Shown here piece by piece: positions 26,898 to 34,443 of a stretch of DNA of 34,443 nt. The notes below the pieces were generated by a model. It worked only from the letters and a program-made list of their open reading frames with translations. It was not told where the DNA came from and did no database searches. Within the stretch, counting starts at the first letter, position 1; every line of letters begins with the position of its first letter. Origin of the DNA: an uncultured Marinicella sp. (GTDB lineage: Bacteria; Pseudomonadota; Gammaproteobacteria; Xanthomonadales; Marinicellaceae). The translations under genes and the position numbers were made by a program. The stretch is from contig CALLLZ010000078.1 in the NCBI GenBank assembly GCA_938008005.1, positions 1 to 34,443 of the forward strand. The letters are read 5' to 3'.

Positions 26898-27617
26898 ATG
26901 ACCAAGAAAACTTTTTTTTTAACTCTGCTGCTGGTTTCTTTAGTTGGCTGTTCAATGACTCAATCAGCCAAACTTAAAGACATGGCGTTAATCAATGGAA
27001 TTTCTTTCTATGATTCTGAGTATGACAATAATAATGCTGGCAACGGTTTTGTTGTAAATTTTGATGGAAAAAACTATGCAATAACCGCCAAACATGTGCT
27101 CTTGATAGCCAAAACAGATGAGATGAAATTTGTTGATTTAGAAGGGGAATTAAAGCACTGGAGAATGTATGCAAGAAACAATCCTGCTATTTACTTAACC
27201 ATTGAGAAATTACTGAATAGTGATAAGAGTGAAAAGCTTGAATGGGAGTCGATGTCTGATGATTGGCTGGTATTTAGTATTAAAGAAAATAAAACTGGCT
27301 TTGAATCTTTAAGGTTCAGAGAAACTGCGTTGATCAAAGGAGAGTCTTTATATGCAATAGGTTGGACTTATCAAGACACAGGTGGTCCTCAGCGTATCTA
27401 TCGATTTAAGTATGATGTAACCGAAGGTAATCTTCACACACTTGTACAAGTTAAAGGGCCAAAGGAATTGGCTGGGCTCAGTGGTTCGCCAGTAGTTGAC
27501 CAAAACGGTTTATTGGTGGGTGTGGTTTCATCTGGCTGGGAAGATGAAGATACTAAGGTCTCATATTTGCAAGCCAGTAAAGCGAGTGATATCAAACGTT
27601 TTCTTGAAAGTTACTAA
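26898..27617 (+). CDS. Lipoprotein trypsin-like (S1/PA clan) serine protease
   Basis: Lipobox LVG-C; catalytic triad motifs ITAKHV (His), DW (Asp), GLSGSPV (Ser), LVGVVS; SD AAGGA before ATG 26898. Confidence 0.82.
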   Translation: MTKKTFFLTLLLVSLVGCSMTQSAKLKDMALINGISFYDSEYDNNNAGNGFVVNFDGKNYAITAKHVLLIAKTDEMKFVDLEGELKHWRMYARNNPAIYLTIEKLLNSDKSEKLEWESMSDDWLVFSIKENKTGFESLRFRETALIKGESLYAIGWTYQDTGGPQRIYRFKYDVTEGNLHTLVQVKGPKELAGLSGSPVVDQNGLLVGVVSSGWEDEDTKVSYLQASKASDIKRFLESY

Positions 27618-27639
27618 GTTCAGTTTAAAAGGCCCAATA

Positions 27640-27671
27640 ACTCCTGTAACTGCTTATCCAGTCACAGGAGT
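27640..27671. terminator. Hairpin downstream of the protease gene
   Basis: ACTCCTGTAACTG-cttatc-CAGTCACAGGAGT (13 bp, one mismatch); no clear T tract. Confidence 0.45.
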
Positions 27672-27773
27672 GATGTACTAGCTGTATTAATTCAACTTCC
27701 ATAATAAAAAAACAGAACCAATTAAAACAACTGGGGTCTTTTAGGATGTTAAAGATTTCAATAAGTATTAATT

Positions 27774-28574
27774 TTGATTAAATTGAAGCAAGTAAACATC
27801 GAAAAACCCAACGCACAAGTCATTTCTTTTACCAGTCTCACGTGGTTCATATTTGTGTTTTCAACTGCTTACTATTGTTATTTATATGGTGTGGTTTATG
27901 CTGAAAAAGATGATTTCAGTTGTTACATTAAGTGGGCTTTGTGGTCTTGGTGTATCTGGTTGATTCTTATCCCAGTTACTTATAAAAAAGTAGAGGTGAA
28001 ATCTAAGGAAAGCACCAACAAAGATGTTTTGTCAGATCTTTATTCATTGCTTAAACTTGGTATTGTTCTTTGCATCATCGCTCTAGCGGTTCAATTAATA
28101 GGCACCTGGTTAATTGATGGTCATGTATTACAAGATGTTTTTTATTACCTGCCTACCAATATTAAAATATTCGTTATGACTGTCATGTTCGCCTTTGTTT
28201 TTATTAAAAAAGAAACTTTAAAAAAAGCCAGCTGTAATCAAGAGTCATTGAGGTGTTTGGATAATAAAAATGAAGATTCTTTGGTTTATGTAAATGACAT
28301 AAAATGGTTAACTGCTTATGGTAACTATGTACAGATTTATACCGCTGATAGTGTTTTTTTGATGAGAGCAACAATGAAAGAGATGGACATAAAACTAGAC
28401 AGTCAACAGTTCATCAGAATTCATCGTTCTCACATTATCAATAAATGTGTCATTAAAGGCATTAAAAGTAAAAATGGTCAAAGCATTTTAAACACCATTT
28501 GTGGCAGTCCATTACCGATTGGTCGAAGTTATAAAAGAAAATTAATTCAAGATCAATTAAAAAAAGCCAATTAA
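27774..28574 (+). CDS. Membrane-anchored LytTR-family transcriptional regulator (about 4 TM plus LytTR domain)
   Basis: Four hydrophobic segments, then DIKWLTAYGNYVQIY, LMRATMKEMDIKLD, FIRIHRSHIIN, LPIGRSY; no receiver domain. TTG start uncertain. Confidence 0.85.
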   Translation: MIKLKQVNIEKPNAQVISFTSLTWFIFVFSTAYYCYLYGVVYAEKDDFSCYIKWALWSWCIWLILIPVTYKKVEVKSKESTNKDVLSDLYSLLKLGIVLCIIALAVQLIGTWLIDGHVLQDVFYYLPTNIKIFVMTVMFAFVFIKKETLKKASCNQESLRCLDNKNEDSLVYVNDIKWLTAYGNYVQIYTADSVFLMRATMKEMDIKLDSQQFIRIHRSHIINKCVIKGIKSKNGQSILNTICGSPLPIGRSYKRKLIQDQLKKAN

Positions 28575-28647
28575 GGAATCTCTGGAAATCGCACAGAGCC
28601 GGATTTTAAAAAACATCTTCGGCGTATTGACTTTCATTAAGTGATGT

Positions 28648-28678
28648 CGTTCATCACAAAGTAAAGCCATCAGTCACA
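28648..28678 (+). promoter_or_regulatory. Second candidate LytTR-type direct repeat, upstream of the DUF5916 gene
   Basis: CGTTCATCACA (28648-58) and CATCAGTCACA (28668-78): shared TCAC core, same 20-bp period, similar distance to the ATG as the first box. Confidence 0.45.
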
Positions 28679-28745
28679 GATAACTATCACGCCTTTTCTA
28701 GTCAGCTATATTTAAAGTTGATTTATTAATGAGAAGAAAGGCTAT

Positions 28746-30884
28746 ATGTTTAAGTTTTATTTTATGTTTTGTTGTTTGTATTGTCTGCCATTGTTATCAC
28801 AACAGCTACACACAAATAAACAATTGGATGCTGCGAAGATTGTTAACGATGTTGAGTTCATTATTGACGGTTATCTAGATGAATCATTTTGGCAATATGC
28901 CGAATCAATAGATCAGTTTCATCAAGTTCGTCCTAATGAATTTAAAAAACCAACTGAAAAAACTGAAGTTAAAGTGACTTATAACAATGATTACTTGTTG
29001 GTGAGTGCAAAGTTATATGAATCTGACCCTAATTTGATTGAAAGCAATCAATTAATACAAGGTAAAGACTATCCTTTTGATGATCGTTTTTATTTAATTC
29101 TTGATACGCTTGACAATCAAAAATCAGGTTATTTTTTTCAACTTAACCCTAATGGCATCCGGACAGAGGGGTTGTTGGATGAAAAAATTCTTCATGATGA
29201 TTGGTCTACAATATGGCAGGGAAAAGCGCGGTTGGATGAAGCTGGTTGGGTGATAGAAATGGCTATACCGTTCAAATCTTTAAACTTCCCAAAAGACAGC
29301 AAAAATTGGGGTATTAATTTTGGACGAGTGATCGCCAGAAATAATGAGGTGATTAGCTGGTCGTCAGGTGGTAGCGATAATTGGGAATTAGCCCCTTCAG
29401 TCACAGGTTCAATCAATGGTATTACAGATATCCAGCAAGGTCTGGGACTGGACATTAAAGTGTCATCTTCTGTGACTCAATCGAATGGAAAGGAGGTTGA
29501 CTCTGGTTTTGAACCTTCGTTGGATTTTTTGTACAAGCCCAATTCTTCTTTGAATGTTGCTTTAACTTTAAATACCGATTTTTCAGCAACCGAGGCAGAT
29601 TTAAGGGTTTTGAATAATTCGCGTTTTTCCATATTTTTGCCTGAGAAACGAGATTTTTTTTTACAAGATGTGGATATTTTTGAGTTTGGTGATATTGAAG
29701 AAAATGGCAAGCCTTTCTTTTCAAGAACAATTGGCCTTAATGAATCGGGAGAGGCAATTAACTTGAACTTTGGCAGTAAAGTAACGGGTAGGACTCAGCG
29801 TTTAAATTATGGCTTTCTGGCTGTGGAGCAACAAGATAAAAACAACCCGGCCCAAAAACTATATGTGGGCAGGTTAACCACAAATATATCCTCAAATTCC
29901 AAAGTGGGTTTGATTGCAACTCAAGGAGACCCTTTGAGTGGGGCGCCCAACCGGTTAATGGGGGTAGACTATAAATACCAGAACAATGATGTTTTTAATC
30001 AAAAAAGCATTGATGGAGGGTTGTGGTATCAGAGAACGGATCAATCTGATGTCAACAACACCAATAACCAGGCTTATGGTGCATCATTGAGTTACCCCAA
30101 TGATGACATGAGTTTCTATTTTACCACCACTAAAATTGAGGAAAGTTTTAACCCAAGTTTAGGTTTCGTGAACAGATCAGGTATTCATGAAAGTATCTTA
30201 CAGGGCGGGTTCCAGTACCGTTTTAAAAGTGGTTGGCTGCTTAATTATTACCCTTGGTTGTATTTACGTTATGTCAACAACGACCAAAATAGTTTGTTAG
30301 ACAAAGAACTGGAGATATACCCATTGGCATTCAGGAGTGTCCAGGGAGACTATGTTGAGATGGCGCATAAAGTAAAAACCGAAGTCTTGGATCAACCATT
30401 TCAACTGTTTTCAGAAATTGAAGTTGACGCTGGTAAATACAATTACAATTCAAGTCACATCTATTTCAGCAGTGCAAAGACCCGTGTTCTGAGTGTGGAT
30501 TTATTTTATCAAACAGGAGGTTTTTATAATGGATATCTAAATCAGCAAAAACATTCGATTAATTGGCGGCCGAATAAGAACTTGTTTTTTTCTGCGGAAT
30601 ACAGTGCCAATGATATTAGCTTGCCGAATGATGCCATTCAAACCAAGCTGTTTAATCTGAGTCATGAAATTGCTTTTAACAGCAATTGGTCATGGTTAAG
30701 TGTTATTCAATATGATAATTTAAGTGACTCTATTGGCAGCAGTAGTCGCGTTCAGTGGAAGCCAAATGCCTTTTCTGAGTTGCACCTTACTTTTAATAGC
30801 ACTCAATTTAAAACCAACCTTAATATGAGTCAATCAGATCAAAAAATCATAGCGGTCAAATACAGTCGCACCTTTAGGTTCTGA
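28746..30884 (+). CDS. CBM9-like sugar-binding domain plus DUF5916 outer-membrane beta-barrel protein
   Basis: IDGYLDESFW, F.LNPNG, GWVIEMAIPFKSLNF, WGINF (CBM9-like); LNTDFSATEAD, FLPEKRDFFL, FFSRTIGL (DUF5916); C-terminal KYSRTFRF beta-signal. Confidence 0.85.
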   Translation: MFKFYFMFCCLYCLPLLSQQLHTNKQLDAAKIVNDVEFIIDGYLDESFWQYAESIDQFHQVRPNEFKKPTEKTEVKVTYNNDYLLVSAKLYESDPNLIESNQLIQGKDYPFDDRFYLILDTLDNQKSGYFFQLNPNGIRTEGLLDEKILHDDWSTIWQGKARLDEAGWVIEMAIPFKSLNFPKDSKNWGINFGRVIARNNEVISWSSGGSDNWELAPSVTGSINGITDIQQGLGLDIKVSSSVTQSNGKEVDSGFEPSLDFLYKPNSSLNVALTLNTDFSATEADLRVLNNSRFSIFLPEKRDFFLQDVDIFEFGDIEENGKPFFSRTIGLNESGEAINLNFGSKVTGRTQRLNYGFLAVEQQDKNNPAQKLYVGRLTTNISSNSKVGLIATQGDPLSGAPNRLMGVDYKYQNNDVFNQKSIDGGLWYQRTDQSDVNNTNNQAYGASLSYPNDDMSFYFTTTKIEESFNPSLGFVNRSGIHESILQGGFQYRFKSGWLLNYYPWLYLRYVNNDQNSLLDKELEIYPLAFRSVQGDYVEMAHKVKTEVLDQPFQLFSEIEVDAGKYNYNSSHIYFSSAKTRVLSVDLFYQTGGFYNGYLNQQKHSINWRPNKNLFFSAEYSANDISLPNDAIQTKLFNLSHEIAFNSNWSWLSVIQYDNLSDSIGSSSRVQWKPNAFSELHLTFNSTQFKTNLNMSQSDQKIIAVKYSRTFRF

Positions 30885-30943
30885 TTGCGGTAGCTATGAT
30901 TTAAGGATTGATCTGTGTGAAAAACCAGTTTTAGATTGATGAA

Positions 30944-30979
30944 AAGCTTGGGCTATTATTGTTTACATAACCCAAGCTT
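30944..30979. terminator. Hairpin between the convergent DUF5916 and tkt genes
   Basis: AAGCTTGGG...CCCAAGCTT 9-bp stem; the A run on the left gives a U tract on the minus strand. Confidence 0.6.
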
Positions 30980-30985
30980 GATAGT

Positions 30986-32998
30986 TTAAAGAAGATTTTT
31001 AGCTGTATCGACAATTTTCTCTACAGTAAAACCAAAGTGTTCAAACAGCACTTTTCCAGGTGCAGACTCACCAAATGTATTTTGGGCGATTACTTGACCG
31101 TTTAAACCCACATATTTATACCAAAAATCACCTTGAGCTGCTTCAACAGCCACACGTTTGGTTACACTGGGGATCAGAACTGAGTCTTTATAGGCTTGAT
31201 CTTGTTGTTCAAATGATTCTGCACAAGGCATTGAAACCAGTCTGGTTGCATGTCCTTGTTGGTTCAGTAAATTGGTTGCTTTTGCCGCTATGCCAACTTC
31301 CGAGCCAGTAGCAATGATAATCAGTTCAGGTTCTGTTTCTTCTGAATCAATTAATGTATAGGCGCCTTTGTAAATGTCATTAATTTGCGTTGAGTTACGA
31401 GCTTGGTGATCTACGCCTTGACGCGTAAATAACAAACAAGAGGGGCCGTCCATTTTTTCAACTGCACTTTGCCACGCTATTACTGATTCAACGGCATCAC
31501 AAGGTCGCCACACATGCATGTTGGGTATCATTCTTAACGTCGGAGTTTGTTCAACTGGTTGATGGGTTGGCCCATCTTCGCCGACTCCAATAGAGTCATG
31601 TGTATAAACAAAAATATTACGGATTTTCATCAATGCTGCCATACGCAGTGCGTTTCTGGCGTACTCAGAAAACATCAAAAATGTGGCGCTGTAGGGTAAT
31701 ATTCCACCATGTAAAGTCATGCCATTGGTGATCGCACTCATGGCGAATTCTCTGACACCATAAGACATGTAGTTGCCTGAAAAGTCTCCATCGTTTATGG
31801 ACTTTGAACCCGACCAAAAAGTATTGTTGGAGGGCGTTAAATCGGCCGAGCCACCAAAAAATTCGGGTAACAATGGCCCTAAGCCTTCTAATGCATGCTT
31901 AGAAGCTTTTCGGGTAGCCATTTGTGGTGCGTCATCAGCGGTTTGTTTTATGTAAGAGCGTATTGTTTCTGACCAATTGTCAGGAAGTTTTCCGTTGATT
32001 CGACGCAGCAACTCCCTTGCCAGTTTGGGGTGAGCAGTTTGATACCTCGCAAAATGTTCTTGCCAATTTTGTTCTACAGTTTGACCTTTTTTCTTGGCAT
32101 CCCAGGCTGTGTAAATTTCAGCGGGAATTTCAAAAGGGGCATGAGGCCAGTTCAATGATTCTCGAGCAGCCTTAATTTCGTCGTTACCTAATGGTGCGCC
32201 ATGACAGTCATGTGAGCCAGCTTTGTTGGGTGCACCATCACCAATGTTCGTTTTGGCACAAATGATCGTTGGTTGTGTGGTATTGTCTTGAGCCGCTTGA
32301 ATGGCTGTCTGAACCGCTGTGGCATTATGGCCATCTACATCGTCGATTACATGCCAACCGTAAGCGCGAAACCTGGCTGGTGTGTCATCGGTGAACCATC
32401 CATCAACTTCACCATCTATTGAAATGTTGTTATCATCATAGATGGCAATTAATTTACCCAGTTTTAAGGTGCCGGCAAGTGAACAAGCTTCGTGAGAAAT
32501 GCCTTCCATTAAACAGCCATCTCCTAAGAATACATAGGTATTATGGTCAATAATTTGGTGATCGGTTTGATTGAATTGTGTGCTGAGTAACTTTTCAGAT
32601 AAAGCCATTCCGACTGCGTTCGCTATGCCTTGACCTAAAGGACCTGTGGTAGTTTCAATGCCAGGAGTGTAACCGTATTCTGGGTGCCCAGGTGTCTTTG
32701 AGTGTAATTGTCTAAAGTTTTTTAAATCTTCAATACTCAAATCGTAACCAGATAGGTGCAGTGCGGAATATGGGAGCATTGAACCATGTCCATTTGACAT
32801 AACAAATCGGTCGCGATTAAACCAATTTGGATTGTTGGGGTTATGTTGTAAAAAGTCATTGAATAAAACTTCTGCAATATCGGCCATTCCCATCGGAGCA
32901 CCTGGGTGTCCTGAATTAGCTTGTTGAACGGCATCCATTGCGAGGAATCTGATGGCATTGGCCAGTGCTTTTCTTTCTTTCATGGTTCTGTCAATCAT
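30986..32998 (-). CDS. tkt: Transketolase
   Basis: [61 protein letters not shown]. Start at ATG 32998 or 32983. Confidence 0.98.
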   Translation of the reverse strand: MIDRTMKERKALANAIRFLAMDAVQQANSGHPGAPMGMADIAEVLFNDFLQHNPNNPNWFNRDRFVMSNGHGSMLPYSALHLSGYDLSIEDLKNFRQLHSKTPGHPEYGYTPGIETTTGPLGQGIANAVGMALSEKLLSTQFNQTDHQIIDHNTYVFLGDGCLMEGISHEACSLAGTLKLGKLIAIYDDNNISIDGEVDGWFTDDTPARFRAYGWHVIDDVDGHNATAVQTAIQAAQDNTTQPTIICAKTNIGDGAPNKAGSHDCHGAPLGNDEIKAARESLNWPHAPFEIPAEIYTAWDAKKKGQTVEQNWQEHFARYQTAHPKLARELLRRINGKLPDNWSETIRSYIKQTADDAPQMATRKASKHALEGLGPLLPEFFGGSADLTPSNNTFWSGSKSINDGDFSGNYMSYGVREFAMSAITNGMTLHGGILPYSATFLMFSEYARNALRMAALMKIRNIFVYTHDSIGVGEDGPTHQPVEQTPTLRMIPNMHVWRPCDAVESVIAWQSAVEKMDGPSCLLFTRQGVDHQARNSTQINDIYKGAYTLIDSEETEPELIIIATGSEVGIAAKATNLLNQQGHATRLVSMPCAESFEQQDQAYKDSVLIPSVTKRVAVEAAQGDFWYKYVGLNGQVIAQNTFGESAPGKVLFEHFGFTVEKIVDTAKNLL

Positions 32999-33230
32999 GG
33001 AGTATTTAAATGGTTGGTTCTGAATGGCCAAATGGCATCCTTACGGGGATTGTATTTTATGGATAATCGTGTTTATTAACAATGACTATTGAAGATTTTC
33101 ACTACATAGTAACAAATGATCAATAAACTTAGCCATTTCATTATAAACTGAGTCATTTAATTATAACCTTAGTGTGTTTGCTCTATAATATTAGCGATAA
33201 TTGGCAGAGTAAAATAATTGTGAGGAATTT

Positions 33231-33923
33231 ATGGCTAAGAAAAAAACTTTAAAAAAATCAGCAACTGCTGAAAAAAAACCAGCTAAATTGGCTGAAACTT
33301 TGGTGGGTTCTGCCAATGAAATTTGGTTAGCAGGTCTGGGCGCATTTGCTAAAGCCCAATCTGAAGGTAAGAAAATTTATGATAAATTGATTGATGAGGG
33401 TAAAGATTTTGAGAAGTTGTTCAAATCGGTGCCTCAAAAAGCAGTCAGTGATGTTAAGTCATCTGTCAGTTCAACGGTTAATTCTGCTAAGAAGAGGGCG
33501 TCTGACAGTTGGGACAAACTAGAAGATGTTTTTGAAAAACGTGTTGAAAAATCATTGAAAAGCTTGGGTGTACCAACTAACAATGAATTAGGCGATTTAA
33601 TGAAGCGTATAGATAGCTTAACTAAAGAAGTGTCTAAATTAGGTAAAGGTGGTGCAGTTAAAAAGAAAGTGACTAAAACTGCTGCTGACGCAGAGAAAAA
33701 AGTCAAACAAGCTGTTTCAAAAGCGACTAAAGTTGCTAAGAAAGCCGTCGCCAAAACGACTACAACAAAAAAAGCTGCAAAAAAACCTCCTACTAAAAAA
33801 ACAGTTGCTAAGAAAGCAACTTTAAAGGCAAAGCCTGTAGCCAAGAAAACAGTTGCTAAGAAAACAACAGCAAAGAAAAAAGTAGCCAAGAAAACAACAA
33901 AAAAACCAGCTGCTAAGAAATAG
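33231..33923 (+). CDS. phaF: PhaF-like PHA granule-associated protein (phasin domain plus histone H1-like Lys/Ala/Thr tail)
   Basis: SANEIWLAGLGAFAKAQSEG, SWDKLEDVFEKRV...LGVPT (PhaI/PhaF domain); tail of KKTVAKK repeats; SD GAGGA. Confidence 0.82.
   Translation: MAKKKTLKKSATAEKKPAKLAETLVGSANEIWLAGLGAFAKAQSEGKKIYDKLIDEGKDFEKLFKSVPQKAVSDVKSSVSSTVNSAKKRASDSWDKLEDVFEKRVEKSLKSLGVPTNNELGDLMKRIDSLTKEVSKLGKGGAVKKKVTKTAADAEKKVKQAVSKATKVAKKAVAKTTTTKKAAKKPPTKKTVAKKATLKAKPVAKKTVAKKTTAKKKVAKKTTKKPAAKK
33798..33863 (+). repeat. Coding direct repeat in the phasin tail
   Basis: AAAACAGTTGCTAAGAAA at 33798-815 and 33846-863 (KTVAKK units). Confidence 0.7.
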
Positions 33924-33948
33924 CAAGCAAATATTTTAGGCTGTAAGG

Positions 33949-33975
33949 AATCCACCCAACGCGGTGGATTTTTTT
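33949..33975 (+). terminator. Intrinsic terminator after the phasin gene
   Basis: AATCCACC-caacgc-GGTGGATT followed by a T run. Confidence 0.85.
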
Positions 33976-33994
33976 ATGCCTATAAATTTAATGA

Positions 33995-34443
33995 CTAAAT
34001 AGTTCGTATGGAGCGTTCTAGTGCATCCAGTGATTCAGTTAAGCTCTCAGACCACTGTGAGTGTGTGCTTTTTTGATCAATGAAATTTTTGATACTGCGG
34101 TTGGACTGTAGCAAGTTGCTTTGTTTTAGGTGTAAACCATGTCTGGCTAGAATCGGGTTGATTTGATCTTGTTGATCAATTAGATGCTGGCGTGTCGATT
34201 GATAAGCATATTCACACAATTGATCACGTTTAGAATAGCTAAATAAGTTTGATTTGAATAAAGTTTCATCATTGGCATTGGGTTCTGCCAAGATAATATC
34301 TGAATGCGGAAAGAGGCTTTCGTATTTGTCTAAGCCAGATTTCAACCTAGATTGTACTATCGATCTGAATGTTTGTGACAGTACCAGGGGTAGGCCCCCG
34401 TTAACCAAACCTTTTTCGTCCAGTTTTAAAGTTCGTTCAAAGG
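33995..34443 (-). CDS. Patatin-like phospholipase family protein, C-terminal part (5' end outside the window)
   Basis: Frame open to the window edge (FERTLKLDEKGLVNGGLPLVLSQTFRSIVQSRL...DIILAEP...LF..NLFSYS.R..LCEYAYQSTR). Resembles the C-terminus of phasin-linked patatins; catalytic motifs are not visible. Confidence 0.65.
   Translation of the reverse strand, partial: FERTLKLDEKGLVNGGLPLVLSQTFRSIVQSRLKSGLDKYESLFPHSDIILAEPNANDETLFKSNLFSYSKRDQLCEYAYQSTRQHLIDQQDQINPILARHGLHLKQSNLLQSNRSIKNFIDQKSTHSQWSESLTESLDALERSIRTI

Noticed and set aside
33032-33230. Short inverted motifs (AATGACT...AGTCATT) in the tkt/phasin divergent spacer as regulator sites
   Set aside because: Too short, far apart and AT-rich to exceed chance; regulator cannot be assigned.
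33434-33955. 173-aa minus-strand hydrophobic ORF resembling a membrane protein
   Set aside because: Antisense shadow of the Lys/Ala-rich phasin tail (AAA reads as TTT).
1-34443. CRISPR arrays, tRNA/rRNA genes, IS elements, prophage or defence genes
   Set aside because: No regularly spaced repeats, cloverleaf motifs, transposase, integrase or nuclease signatures seen.

Overview
AT-rich (roughly 38-40% GC by eye) chromosomal window from a marine gammaproteobacterium. Gene content and style suggest a Marinicella/Xanthomonadales-related lineage; this is an inference. Left part: cyclophilin with an extra C-terminal domain, gluQ, a FimX-like REC-PAS-GGDEF-EAL protein, the EF-P beta-lysylation cluster (epmB/efp/epmA) and a DASS transporter. 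Centre: an 11.4-kb co-directional run of surface lipoprotein lipase (Pla-1/cef/VolA-like), DUF1302 outer-membrane barrel, DUF1329 carrier, YCF48/BNR propeller, MMPL/RND transporter and an isolated gspL-gspM-gspN trio, converging on lgt. This is the best candidate for an undescribed 'digest-and-import' lipid system. Right part: K+-dependent (probably Na+-pumping) membrane pyrophosphatase with a structured leader, cNMP-EAL phosphodiesterase, a candidate ~120-nt three-hairpin sRNA with its own promoter and terminator, a glycine-zipper protein behind a PhoP-like box, ppk2 behind a Pho box with a coupled basic coiled-coil gene, a LytTR mini-regulon (lipoprotein protease, membrane LytTR, CBM9/DUF5916 protein) with 20-bp-period direct repeats, tkt, a PhaF-like phasin and a partial patatin. 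I saw no rRNA, tRNA, CRISPR array or transposase. All family calls are by motif recognition; no searches were run.
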